Origin: Lytechinus pictus
Lineage: Eukaryota
NCBI RefSeq assembly: GCF_037042905.1
Contig: NC_087256.1
Span: 21,886,001-21,950,000, forward strand
Direction: 5' to 3'
DNA length: 64,000 bases
In this document: piece after piece, positions 11,501 to 24,520 of the stretch
How positions within the stretch are numbered: position 1 is the stretch's first letter
Layout: each line of letters begins with the position of its first letter
Made by a program: the position numbers and the translations under genes
The notes under the pieces: generated by a model
What the model was told of the DNA's origin: nothing
Database searches by the model: none
The model's input: only the letters and a program-made list of their open reading frames with translations

Positions 11501-14500
11501 ACATGATCAAGGTCAAAGGTCATTTAGGGTCAATGAACTTTGGCCAAATTGGGGTATTTGTTGAATTACAGCCATAAATTTGAAAGTGTGTTGGTCTAGT
11601 TCATAAAACTTGGACATAAGAGTAATCAAGTATCACTGAACATCCTGTGCGAGTTTCAGGTCACATGAACAAGGTCAAAGGTCATGTAAGGTCAAAGAAC
11701 TTTGGCCACGTTGGGGGTATTTGTTGAATTGCCATCATATCTCTATAAGTGTATTGGTCTAATTCATAAAACGTGGAAATACGAGTAACCAAGTATCACT
11801 GAACATCTTGTGCGAGTTATAGTAGTTTTCAAAATCAGCACTGCTGCTATATTGAATCGCGTGATGCAGGTGAGACGGCCAGAGGCATTCCACTTGTTTT
11901 TTATTATTATGGTTATTTTGTCTTTTTTGTGTAACTAACTTGTGTTTATGTGATTTGCGATCACCTAATAATCATTTGTAAATTTTGTGATTTATTTCAA
12001 TTTATAATAAAAACAGAAAAACAAAAAAAAAAAAAGATTATATCCTGAACATATTTTTAGGCCATCATCCATGCCTTAGAAGGGGTTTTACAAAACAAAA
12101 ATATGTTGATAATTTTAATGTAATCAGGCACCCAGTCAAAATAATCATGGTGTAAAATCTGTAGATTTATCCAATCAACACAATTTTATTTCATATCGTA
12201 AATGTTTTAGATCACACATTCATATAATCTTAAAATGAATTGGAATAGTGACCGAGGGAATTATCAAAATTAAAGATAGGCTTTATAGGGGAATCCATCC
12301 TTGGTAATGAAATGAATGTGTTGGAGGAGAAAAAAAAAGAAGGGGAAGACAGCGGTTGTAAGTTTGAAAGAAATCAGACAAGGGGTTATGCAAGGCCATT
12401 AGGAGCGCATAGAGATATAATATCATATGAGCTGTAAGAGAATTGTTTTTTATCATTAAAGGGGAATGAAACCCTTGGAACAAGTAGGCTTCTGTCGAAA
12501 CAGAAAAATCAAAGAATAAGAACAAAGAAAGTTGGCAATGCGACAAGGATGTGTGATGTCACGCGTGAACAACTTTCCCTTTGATGGACTATAAAATACC
12601 CCAAAAATGTATCTTTTTGCTTTTTCGCATGGTGATACAAACTCTTTATCCATGATGTATTCTTTAAAAATCTGTATAACATGCCCTCCTATAGAAAGAA
12701 TATATGCTCTACTGATAGATGTGAAAAAAGAGGCAGTTTAAGTGAAATATATACTAAAGTAATGGGGAGAGTTGTTCACAAGTGACATCACACATCTTTG
12801 TAGCATTGCCAATTTGAGGATCTACATAGCATTAGTGATCGCAATATTCAAGTGCTCATAATTTTCTCATTATTTGTGCGATTTTTCTCAAACTTTCGTT
12901 GATCTGTTTCTTTGATTTTTCTGTTTTCACACAAGCTATCTTGTTCCAAAGGTTTCATTCTCCTTTAATTATTATTAATTATTATTATCATTATTGATTA
13001 TGATGATGTAAGTTACTATAATTCTTGTCTTTGAAATATGTTTCAGATACTGTGTTGACCCCTTCTCCAATGTATGGGGGTATACCACGGGACATCAAGT
13101 ACCAGGCTGAAGTTAATACATATCCTGTCTATCTAAGCAGTAAGGTACATGTAGGAACTGGTATGAATTATGTGTACCGGTGACGAGTCATTTATTTTGC
13201 CTAACCCATAGATCTACCAATCCAGTGATAATTGGTCAATAGTAAAGCAATATTGACTGGCCGCCCAAACTAGATTTATATCAATTTAGTGAGGGCGATA
13301 TATGTCCTTTTGCCCCCAGGCCAGTCGATATTGCTATTATTAACCAAATCAGACATCTAGAGCAAAAATTGTTAAAATTGTTAAAATTTCGATATTTTAG
13401 AGTTTAAGAATGGGAATCTATTTTGTCATGTAGAGCAGACTGGGCCTCTGAACTTTACCATTGTGACGTAATTGACATGACGCGTCCCTGGCCTAGGGAC
13501 GCAGGATCCAGCGTTGTCTCAACTTGATTAGCATTGTGACGTATAGCACTGCGCGGTCCAAGGCCGCGTAAAAAAGCGCGTAGAATACCCGGATGTTAGC
13601 TCTGCCTTATTGCCCGCTACATTTCCACGCATTTTCTCATTGACTTTCCTGAGCGGGCAATAAATTTGTACGTGGATAAACAAATGAACATTTATTGACC
13701 GACAACTTGATCCCAGTCTTAAGCAGGCAACAATGTAATAAATTTGCCCTGCTCAGATGTCTGATACCGTTAATAATAAGGTATAATGACTGGTCAAGGT
13801 TTTTTGAGATGAGCCTGTGTTATGTATTCATCATCACTCAATCACAATAAAGATGTAAACGGACATTAAGTCACAAAATCCAAGTATCATGTTTAATGCG
13901 CATCCAACACTCAAGAGGTCATGATGGGAAGTACAGTACCCGCAGTGCTTACATCGCTGATGCTTGTATACTTGTTTGAACTTCAGACTTATACATTTTG
14001 TATGGCCACATCACTATTTCATGAAACATATAATACACAGGCATTAGAATTATTGCATACACTTGTTACATTTGAAACAGTCCAAACGCCCTCTCTGCTA
14101 CTCCTTGGGCATGAACTTTTCCCATGGTATCTTTACTTATTATGCCCTCGATGATACATACTAAAATCCCTCCTTCTTCCGCACACTCCTGTTCTGATTC
14201 ATCTATTCAAATTCTCAGAAGCCTGTTATGTCATAATTTGGTTTAATAGAGTATAATTGGATAAATCAGAGTGGGAAATAATTCATATAGTTTCAGGCAG
14301 GCGCTACTTTTTAAGTTGGCCGGGCATTTACTGAATTTTTGGGGCTATTCCTTTCATCTTAAGGGCTATTTTTGTACAACCAGCAATTACGTGGGTAATA
14401 AAAATCATCATTTTCCCCTATGTATAGATTTGATTTTCAAGATATTCTTGAATATTTGGCCGATCTATTAGAGCGACTTCAGAGAAGGTCGCCCTGAAGC

Positions 14501-17500
14501 ATGTCATTTGGGGAGATATATAGGAGTGATTTGGAACATAATGAGGGCGAAATCACCCGTTGCCCTCGTGTATTTCCCACACTGAGATAAATGTTAGATT
14601 ACAGTTTCCTGAATGTTATTGTTGATCATACTGTGCCATGAAATGACACAATTTGCCAACTACCTTGAATGGCTTTGCTGAGTCCTGTTTCTATAGCAGT
14701 TATGTTAGCAAGGTTCTTATGCAATATTGACCTTTGAACTTCGTTCATATTTTTGGCTTATGCATACACAATTGGTATTTTAATAGATCTGACCCCATTC
14801 TTTGCCTTTGACACTGGGCTATTCCACGGTTACTCACGCTACATTTGGAGACACCTTGACTCATGCTTGGAGCTGTAACTCCATTATTATTGATAGGAAC
14901 TAAACATCTCTTTATTACAACATAGTACGCAGTCTGACTATCCTTTGTATAAAAACAAAACTTGGGAAATTTCATTATGCATAAAATGAAAAGTGGACAT
15001 TATAAGTGAAAAGTGTCCTCATGCAAGGCTTTTATGAAAGTTGATTATATCCATTTCAAAGAAGTATATTAGGGAGACAAATTTGTATATAATTAAAAAA
15101 ATAAAGAACACATGGTTTTTACTAGGGGTGCAGATAAAGTGGTTATTCACGTTACGGTTCAGATGGGCTTTATGTACAAAGACACATTGAACTCATGTCC
15201 GCCAACCTATGGAATTGCCCCACTGAAGTTTGGTTTATCATGCTCCTCTTACAATATATATGAATCCAAGTTATCTTGTATTCTCAGAGAAATTTGACGA
15301 ACATACTTTATCTATGTGAAATGGAATGAAAACAAAATCAAGTGCAGAATGAATATGAAAACTTGGAAGCATATCATCAACAATTTTGTCTGATAACTTC
15401 CTTCATTTGTATTGACTGAGAAGCATTGTAGCATTGCTACTCTATGGTAATAAAAGCGACTTTGTCAGATAAAAATGATGATGATGATGATGATAATAAT
15501 GATAATCATAATGATAATATTAGTAGGTAATAGTAGTAGTAGTACTACTACTACTACTACTAGTAGAAGTAGTAGTAGTAGTAGTAGTAGCAGTAGTAGT
15601 AGTAGTGGCAGTAGTAGTAGTAGNNNNNNNNNNNNNNNNNNNNNNNNNNNNNNNNNNNNNNNNNNNNNNNNNNNNNNNNNNNNNNNNNNNNNNNNNNNNN
15701 NNNNNNNNNNNNNNNNNNNNNNNNNNNNNNNNNNNNNNNNNNNNNNNNNNNNNNNNNNNNNNNNNNNNNNNNNNNNNNNNNNNNNNNNNNNNNNNNNNNN
15801 NNNNNNNNNNNNNNNNNNNNNNNNNNNNNNNNNNNNNNNNNNNNNNNNNNGATTTATATCTCACTTTCCATCTTATTAGATGCTCAGTGACTCGGAGCGA
15901 ATAAGAAAAGAAAAGATATACTTCACACTGCGTCCCACAAAAACCAAAATCGAGATTTAGTGATGGTTTATCATAACTTAATCATAAATACAATAGACAA
16001 ATGACCTACCAATGTAAAGCTTAGAATCTCCTCTTTCATCTGAAATTACTTAGATTATTCCTCATTCACGCATAAGTGAGCAAGAACAATTTGAAGAAAG
16101 GATACTAAAAACTCACTTGGCGGGGGGGGGGGGTATCTGAATTTAAAAAAGAACATCACATGCCCAAAAGGTTCAATATCTGCTCTTTTATTTGATACCT
16201 TGATCACAGAAAATAATTAAGAAGTAAAAAAAGTTCTGTTCCCTCGAAAGAATGCTTGTATATCCATAATTTCATTAAATAAACATGTTTTCACCGATTT
16301 TCCACAGAAGCTATCGCACCGTTAAGAAATCACTTAATGCATGGCTGATCGTCAACGAAATGGAGTGTCGAGTGAGTCTGAACGCTAGGCTGTAAAACCT
16401 CTTCATTTTATGAAATTATTGAAATTCAAGCCTTATTTCAAATAACCAGAACTTTCTTATTTCTTGACCATTATCTGTAATTGAGGTATCAAATCAAAGA
16501 ACAGATATTGAACTTTTAAAAAATGTGGTTTTCATTTTGAAACCCAGATACATCCGCCAAGTGACTTTTTGGTATCTCCACTTCAAATTGTCTTTGCTCA
16601 CTCATGCGTGAATGAGAAATAATGTACGTAATTTCATATGAAAGAGGAGATTCTAAACTTTACAATGGTAGGTCATTTGTCTATTGTATTTGTGATTAAG
16701 TTATGATAATTCATCGATAAATCTCGGTTTCGTTTTTGTGGGACGCACTGTATAGATATATATATGTATGTACATTAAAACATCTGACAAGTCCTTCATG
16801 AAAGGCTTCCCAGATCAGCACCTGTATATCCAAGATGTCTATCATGGTGTTCATGTATACTATTATGTGTTTAATTCTGTTTGAAGGCAGAACCAGATGG
16901 AAGAGAACCATACGAGCTGACTGTTCAACTACTAGAGGAAGCCTTGGAGAAAGCCAAACAAGAGGTGTGTAAATAATTTGCCCTAACACCCTTTTTGATG
17001 GAACCAAAATTCAACCAAAGTGATGCACTGGTTCAAGGCAGATTTACACCTTGTAAATGCGTTTTGCTCAGAGTTCAATAACGTTTTGTGAAGGCAAAAA
17101 AATGGCAAAGTCTGTCAGTTATGTCACAAAGTGCGCCAGACTTGCAATTAAACTACTCGCAAACAAAGAAATGACTCATGCGAATGAGTTTTGGAGGCTT
17201 TCGAAACTTCAGTACACGTTTGGTGCACTTATGCGGCATTAAAATTCAAATGTTGGACTTGGCCATTATTCAAATTCGCATCCTTTACAAAACATTTGTG
17301 AGCCCTGTAAAATTTGCATTATAATGGGAACTAAGAATAAATATGTAAATTCTTCTTTTTATAGTTAAAAATATGCTTTTCCTTTAGCCATTCATAATAA
17401 ATGAGACAGTTGCATTATAATTTGAGCCAAAATTTTGAGGGGGCATAACTTGGCATATGGGGCAAAATTTCTGTAAAAAAAAAGTTGCAAGTGAAATGTT

Positions 17501-20500
17501 GATGTTTTTCAGATGAAAGTGTAATTATTTGATAGATTTTAACAAGATGGCAAATGATATCATATTCCCGGATCACATTTCATCCTTTTACTTTTTTTTG
17601 TCATTATTATTATATTTTTTTTTTTTTTTGGGGGGGCCTGTATTCAAGTGGAAGAAGCTTTGTGCACTGGTGATCAGAAGAAAATTCTACTTTAAATGAG
17701 TTAAATTTTGTGAATAGTTGATTTGTTGATACTAATGTGTTGCCAATTTGATAATAATGATGATTTTAATGTTTCATTTTTATTTGTTAGGGTCACAAAG
17801 TGAAAGCCCTTATTCTTGTCAACCCATTCAATCCTTGTGGGACTGTTTACACCAGACAGCAGGTCTTGGAGTACCTCAAATTTTGCCACAAGTAAGCTCT
17901 CATAGTTTTACAACTGTAAAGCAAAGAAATTAGATAAGGATTGTTTTTTGAAACACCTAGGGAGTTCTGAAAGTTCCTTGTTCTTTTGGTTAAAAGATAT
18001 TATTTTCTTCGTAATAATAATATTTCTGTTTTTGTATAGGGCTTATCATATTTGACAATGTTATCACCCCATTCATCGGATCCTGGATTGCTCACACTTT
18101 CTCCGATTCCTGGGGCACATTCCAGCTAGACTCTTGGCAAAGAACAGTGTACAATATTTGAAATATCAAGAATATTTCATGCATTAAATTCCAATATTTT
18201 TAGGTCAAGGCCAATTTTTTGTCGCGCATATTACAGTACAAGTTGGAAAGATAAATAAGGCACAACAAATCTCGACAACAAATTGACGGCAATGAGTGGG
18301 GCATCCAGGCTAGTCAACAGATGGGCAGCAAAAGAAATCATAGCCCTCAGTGGTCTTTAATAATTTAAGCTTATCTATTTCCCCAAAGTCGCTTCAAGAA
18401 CTTATACCATGCAAAAAAAAGAAAAAAAAAGACTATTCACACAGGGTTCTGCAAGTCTCATAAGCATCTAATTCTTTACCATGTAAAAATACAAAGCACA
18501 TTTTAACAAAGCAAAAACAAAAATAAATGGAAGAGAATGAGGAAATCAAAAGTTATTCTTCAAAACCAATTTGATAATTCTCTCAACAGATGAAGTATAT
18601 CCATCCTAAATAGTGTAAAAATCATTCTATTTTGAAAATAAACTTTTGTTGTCATAAGTGGTTAATTTTTTCGATCATAATAATTTGTTTGTTTATGTCG
18701 TAATCAATTGTATTTTTTATGAAGCAATGTTTCTCGAAACTTCATATCAATGGTATCTGATAAGTTGCTATGTAGATGCACATTTAGGATTGTCATTGAT
18801 GATGCTTGATGCTTCATCATGTTTACATCTGACTGAATTAAATGAGATTGAAACCCTTGGATCAGGTAATACCTTCTATGAAAACAGAAAAATCAAAGAA
18901 TAAGATAAACAAAAGTTTGAGTTGTTATATACATTATTATTGATTGACAAACATTAGTTTTGTTAATTGCTGAATTATATTGACCTTCGTTAAATCATAT
19001 TGAATATCATATTATTATATTGATCATATTGAATATCATATTATTATATTGATCATATTTCCAATTATATTGGTATATTGTATGTTTCTCTTAATTTGTT
19101 TCCTTTATTGACAGGCACAGTCTACATTGTGTTATAGATGAGATTTACAATTGCAGTATTTATGATGATTCTGTCCAGAGTTCGAGTATATTCACCTTTA
19201 ACCCAGATGATCTACCCGATAAGGATAGGACACATGTCTTATGGGGAATGGCCAAGGTTATTTCTTTTTTCATTAGATTCATTATCATCCAGGGGGGTGG
19301 TTAGATTTTGGCAAATAATCATAATTTGCTCTGATCAACAACAACAAATAGTCCAAATCTGTATATACATTTCAAAAGGCTAGAAATTATATAAAACCCA
19401 TAAGTCTAGCCATTCATAAAGACAAATGGAAAATGATTGGTAGTTCTTGTAAGTGATGGGATAAGTGAATTTGAATTCAAAGCTGTTTTAATGAGATATT
19501 TTTTTTAAAATTTTGTTCTTCTTTTGATTAAAATACAACTAATGCCAGAAATCAGAATGGCACATGATGGCATACATGTATGACATGCCAATACATGTGT
19601 TCATTGCCATGCAGGTAACCTTAAAGAGATAGGGGTTGGACAGGATTTTATTTATCTTTTTATCATGTACCATTTCTGACATGTTGCCTCAGTTGCTGCT
19701 CTTACAGATTACATGTACTGCCACTATAATCCCTGATCTATATTTCTGGCCAACTCTTTTTTTTTGCATAAATTGTAAATGAATGTGGACTATAGAATTT
19801 TGGTATACCTAAGCCTGTCAAAGCTTTCAATTGGTAAAGGTTCAATCAATAGTAGATCAGGGAAAAGGGGCAGTTTTTTGAAAAAAGAGGTGATGCAGAT
19901 GACAGTCTTTCTTTGATTTAGCTATCTGATTTCTAGAATATAGAGGGTTTAGGGACATCCTTTGTGCCCATGTCTGGACTCTGGACCCTCCACTGGGTCA
20001 TTAATGTGAATTATACCCAGTATCACATAATATTATGCCAATCTTACAAAAGTTTTAGTGGCTATTTCTTTTTCAATTTGAAAATTTTAGTATTCTTAGG
20101 AAAGGCCCTTATCGTACGAATTTAGTAATTGAGTAGCAGAAAGCTATGGACAAAGATTAAATCTTTTAATGCTTGGAAAGGTGTACATAATTTTTTTTAC
20201 TGATCAGGCACCGGATCAAAATATTTTTAAAATGTAAAATCACCAAATTTATCCAATTAGACACATATTTTTATTTTATATCGTCAACAATATAACTGTT
20301 TAAGGGCACACACAGATTCATATAACCTGTACTTAAATTGGAATTGCGATTTGCACCGATTTGGGGATTCAGCAACTCTTAAAATAGGCTTTCAAACTTT
20401 TTTTACTCTTGTATTTCTCTTTCAGGATTTTGGAATGCCAGGTAGTCCTGTAGGAGTAGCATATACCTGGAATCCCAGTGTCTTGGCCGCCCTGATTGCT

Positions 20501-22589
20501 TTGGTGGATTTTTATCAAGTACCTCTGTTTCTCCAGATTGCCGTGACAAAAGTTCTAAAAGACAAAGGTATAAAACAAAGTATATTTAAAGATATATATA
20601 TAAATGAAATCGTTTGAGATGGAACCGTATGCTTTACTTTAGGTCTCTCCACTTTCAATGCAAATCTTTAGATGGTTCCTTTTTGCCTCGCCTGCATAGT
20701 GGAGCAAGACTATAGGCGCCGCATTTCCGACATCGGCGGCGTCCAACACCACCAAAAATGCCTATTAAGATTCTAATGGGTATAAAGACACAAATAATTA
20801 TGTGACAATGTGAGATCACTGTTCCCTTCAAATTAATTTTTTTTTCTTCAAAAGCTTACTTTGGATTATTACTGACTATTTGCATTTTTTTTTAATTTCA
20901 GAATGGTTAAAATGGTACCTGTCAACCCAGAAAAGCATGTTACTTGAATCTTCCAACATCGTGCAGGAAACATTAGATGAACTTGGGGTACAGTATATGA
21001 AACCGGTTGCTGGCTTATTCTTATGGGCAGACTTTAGAAAGGTAGACTATTCTTTATATGTTTATAACACTACAGGTAGTCTAATCATGTTAACATGATC
21101 TTTTCAATGTATTTTTATTGGTGACATGACATTTGCTTGGGTCTCAATGTCTCAGAGGGCATGGGGTTAGTGTTAGGATTGTAATAGTTTTTGGTTCAGA
21201 ATATTGTAAAGATAATGATTAGGGTTTATTTAGCTTTGGAGGTTAGATTTCATGTTTTGCTTAAAATGCAGATTTTCCATCGGAGCAATTGTTGCTGTAG
21301 CAAATGTCATGGAACCATTTTTATTATGATCAAGTTTAAGTTGCTATATTACAGTTATAACTTAAAAGAAAAGGAATTTTCAAGTGATTTATAGATTTGC
21401 AGTACACACACATTTAAAAAAACATGAAATCACTATTCTCTCTAAATGTCCAACATATGAACAGAAAAGAAAGCAGTATAAAGTGCCTTTTGACATGATC
21501 AATGTTTTGCCTTGACAGTGAATTTAACTTTGCATCAGTGCAATAATTAATTGACATCATAAGACTACGAAACACTGTTCATCTAAAGTTGTAAGCCTGA
21601 AGATTTATTTCTCTCTCATATTTCCGCAGTTCATCCCTAATGCAACCAAGGAATCCGAGATGGCGTTCTCCATGCACTGCCTTGACAATGGGATTGCCAT
21701 TGCACCGGCCTCGTCGTTCTATTACAATGAGTATGGCTGGGCGAGGATCGTCCATACTTTACCAAAGGAAATCCTTATCGAAGGTGATTAAAATCCATTT
21801 TTTATGGCAGCTTTTCTACTAAGCTACTGAACAAAAGTTTGAGCTACTTTTAAATTTGTCCAAACTTTTGTAAGGGGAATTCTGGTCCTATATTTGCATG
21901 CCCTTCCAATCCTCCTATTGCTACATCTAGACAAAAAACTAGGGGATCGTGAAATGGGATGATGACATGGACAACCCTTTTTTCCACCAAGGTTCCTACT
22001 GAGACATTCAGGCCTGAATTCACAAGAGTGGTTTTGAATCTATGGTTTGAAGCCATGGTTATATGCAGATTTCACGCAGTGATAACACTTAATCAGTGCA
22101 TAGATTCATAAGCATCCAATGTTGATTGTGCACTTCATCTCTGTTAAATTGGAGCTTGTGAGGTCATCGCATTATTGAGCTCACTGTTTTGAATTAATGG
22201 GTCCTCTCATTGTGTTGATTATGAAAAGTGGGTCATTAATAACAATAACCTTAATAACTAGCCCTGTGATAAAATCATGCACTCATTTTTGGATGCTTTC
22301 TTAATATACATATACATGTACATGCTGATAAGTGTAATCAATGCATGAAAGCATGCATAAACCATGGCTTCAAACCACAGATTCAAAATCACATTTGTGA
22401 ATGTAGTTCTATTTGTAATTTTTTTGTACTCTTGAGAAATAGTAGTCTTCATGTGAATTTAGAAGTGATTATGAGTTGTTACTCTGTTCTCTTTGAAAAA
22501 GTGTAGCTGAAATCACTGAACAAATGTTTCCTATTTTATTTCCAGCCATGAAGAGACTCAAAGCATCGTGTAGATCATTCCAAGGTTAA
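6674..22589 (+). CDS. ACCS: 1-aminocyclopropane-1-carboxylate synthase-like protein (PLP-dependent class I/II aminotransferase fold), 12 exons, 432 aa
   Basis: Exons: 6674-6802, 6934-6993, 8852-8995, 10059-10125, 13047-13144, 16887-16964, 17791-17891, 19115-19256, 20426-20567, 20902-21041, 21630-21783, 22546-22589. All are GT-AG with consistent phases, 1299 nt in total. Family motifs seen: NPYHEDN-GIINL, LCNPGD..LTPSPMY, LILVNPFNPCG, DEIY, HVLWGMAKDFG (PLP lysine), AGLFLWADFR, GWAR. Exact paralog identity is uncertain. Confidence 0.9.
7304..8551 (+). repeat. Long imperfect (TAC)n microsatellite containing an assembly gap (N 7474-7770)
   Basis: Directly visible; internally re-duplicated variant blocks such as ctgctctactactctactactgctgtacttctg and accaccaccaacactgttacaactat. 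Confidence 0.97.
9114..9485. mobile_element. Foldback MITE built of short tcgtcta/tagacga-type subrepeats
   Basis: The left half has tcgtctaa/ttgtctac/tcgtccac repeats and the right half their complements (tagacca, gagacga, tagacag). Confidence 0.6.
10144..10352. mobile_element. PIF/Harbinger-like MITE (second copy at 44773-44909)
   Basis: TIRs cagggggg-tgtttcacaaagatttaagt / acttaaatctttgtgaaacaccccctg; starts about 18 nt after the ACCS exon 4 donor. Confidence 0.85.
10951..11899 (+). mobile_element. Helentron/DINE-1-like non-autonomous element with internal tandem array
   Basis: Subterminal inverted repeat GTCTCACCTGCAT (10955) / ATGCAGGTGAGAC (11864-11876), 5' stem-loop gtctcac..gtgagac, T-rich flanks, five internal units of 162-192 bp. 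A truncated 5' relative lies at about 20680-20750. Confidence 0.75.
12460..12964. mobile_element. Kolobok-like MITE (AGG termini, TTAA TSD)
   Basis: ttaa|aggggaatgaaacccttggaacaag ... cttgttccaaaggtttcattctcct|ttaa. Confidence 0.85.
13337..13776. mobile_element. Non-autonomous element with inverted termini (class uncertain)
   Basis: ttattaaccaaatcagacatctagagc versus gctcagatgtctgataccgttaataa; CpG-rich interior. Confidence 0.55.
15475..15850 (+). repeat. (ATG/ATA)n then (TAG)n microsatellite running into an assembly gap (N 15624-15850)
   Basis: Directly visible. Confidence 0.95.
15926..16750. mobile_element. Tc1/mariner-like MITE with long TIRs
   Basis: cactgcgtcccacaaaaac..cgagattta versus taaatctcggtttcgtttttgtgggacgcactg|ta; inverted similarity extends more than 250 bp inward. 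Confidence 0.85.
21120..21317. mobile_element. MITE family with ggtgacatgacatttgct/agcaaatgtcatggaacc termini (copies at 28441-28917 and 45018-45215)
   Basis: Shared inverted termini and a ggttagg-rich interior in three copies. Confidence 0.65.
22009..22408. mobile_element. PIF/Harbinger-like MITE
   Basis: ttcacaagagtggttttgaatctatggtttgaagccatggtt versus aaccatggcttcaaaccacagattcaaaatcacatttgtgaa. Confidence 0.75.
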
Positions 22590-22637
22590 CCAGCACCTAC
22601 CAAGGAAGGACACTTTCCATTCCACTGCCTTATTACA

Positions 22638-22643
22638 AATAAA
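22638..22643 (+). promoter_or_regulatory. Candidate polyadenylation signal of the ACCS-like gene
   Basis: AATAAA about 50 nt after the stop codon; more distal signals also exist. Confidence 0.4.
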
Positions 22644-23599
22644 GAAATATTTGCTAACACCATGATACAAAGCAGAAGCAGATCCAGGATTATCCAAAAG
22701 GGGGAGGGCATTTTTGTACAGAAAAAGAAATTAACAACCCCCTCCCCCCACAAAAAAGGTGCTTTATGTCGGGAATAATTCAACAAGCAAAAACAAGGTA
22801 TTCACTACACAATGGAGGTCACATAAAAAGGTCCTCATTTGAAAGGGGGGGGGGGGGTATCTGCAACTGATACATGTACATAGCTAGGTAGCTGTAGAGA
22901 TCATGTTTACGACCACAATGCCATACCAAATAATATCTGTCAAGGCAATGCAGGGTAGATATGACAATTCATTTACAAAATAATGTATATGTCTGTTGAC
23001 TCTGTTCCCTTCAGTATTACACTATTTAGTGATTTCATTTTGTTTCCATTCATTTCATTTCATTTATTTCACCTTCATGTTTAGAAATAAAAATATATTT
23101 ACCATGTGTACAATTAAATTAGGCGTTGATATATAAGGTGGGTGCCCATTAAAATACAGAGAGCTTAAGATCTGATTCCAAATTGCTTGCAGTTCCTAAA
23201 TCCATGAAATCGGGGGGGGGGGGGGATTAGTCATTTGCATATGCTGGACCTTCCGTGTGGAATCAGTTGCCAGTTGAAATATTCTATCCGGAATATTTCA
23301 AATATAGATCCATTTGTTTTAAAATTGCCTTCCAGTAGTTTCCTCATTGTCATGATTGTGTTTCTTTTATCCTGTCTTTTCCCACTCCATGTAATCTTTC
23401 TCGTTTCCTTTTCTCAGCGCCTTGACTTGATTTGGCGCTTTAGAAATACTCTATATTACTATTATTATTAACGGGGAAAAGGAGAAAAAGAGGGAGAAAG
23501 GAAGAGAAACGTAGTGGGAAAGAAGACATTATTGTTCATTATAATGTTATATTATATCATAATTATGTTATGTTATATTATATTACATAAGAAACATTT

Positions 23600-24520
23600 T
23601 TTTCATAACTTTATGAAGCATAATTTGCTCAGGGCCTATGTCTTCATTGTTCCTGGTGCTCGCATTGTCTGTTTACCGAGATATATAATCCTGTTATACT
23701 AAAACCTCCCGTTTTCAAGTCAATATACACCAAACTGCCAAATATATTTCCTCGCACTTCGAGTTATTGTTCTATGTACAATAGTATGCTTCTTTTTCAT
23801 GACTACTTAAAGTGATTGCCCCATTTTAAGGTCTTGATATAAAACATTTCCTGTCCGTGCTTATGTTCGCAGTAGTGGATTGGTGAAATATGTCTGCTCT
23901 CCATGAATTCCTAGAATCAGTCCTTAAATGTCCCTCTTTCTAATCTGAATATCAAAAATTTTCAGCTCGCGCTTCGCGCTCGCATAATTTGGTTAGTGAA
24001 CTACGTATGGTCTTCGTGAATTTCTACAAACAAGCCTTAAAATGCCCCTCTTCAGGTCTGAATTTCCTAAATTTTCAGCTCGCGCTTCGCGCTCGCAAGA
24101 TTTGATTAGTGAGACGGGTATGTTAATCATGATTACAAGTGCTTTATGTGCATGTTTAGATGTAATTCTAACAAAATCAGCAAGCGCTTATTGGCACTCG
24201 CATTAGATGACTATGGTGAGATGTGTATACTCTTGATGGATTCCTAAAATATAGTCCTTAAAATCTTCCTGTTTGGGGGTCAATATTTACAAAAATTTCA
24301 GCTCGCGCGAAATTATTTAGCGAGACAGGTCCATATCACGATTACAAAAGATTGATTATGATGTCCCATTACTTGACCAGTCAGTGAGAGACATATCCGT
24401 TTAATGGCACTGTCCTTAAAATGTCTCTATTAGGTATACCTGGCAACTGGGCGCGCTCACTTAGTGACTCCAAATTTTTGCTGGTGCCCCCCCAATGCCG
24501 TGACCCACGGTACGCCACTG
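23600..24520 (-). mobile_element. DNA transposon remnant with CAGTGGCGTA terminus and internal gctcgcgcttcgcgctcgc repeats
   Basis: Right end ...gacccacggtacgccactg; repeated aattttcagctcgcgcttcgcgctcgca units; left boundary approximate. Confidence 0.6.

Noticed and set aside
18040-18160. Possible extra ACCS exon after a good-looking tag acceptor
   Set aside because: The required phase hits TGA after four codons, and exons 7 and 8 already join into a continuous family motif.
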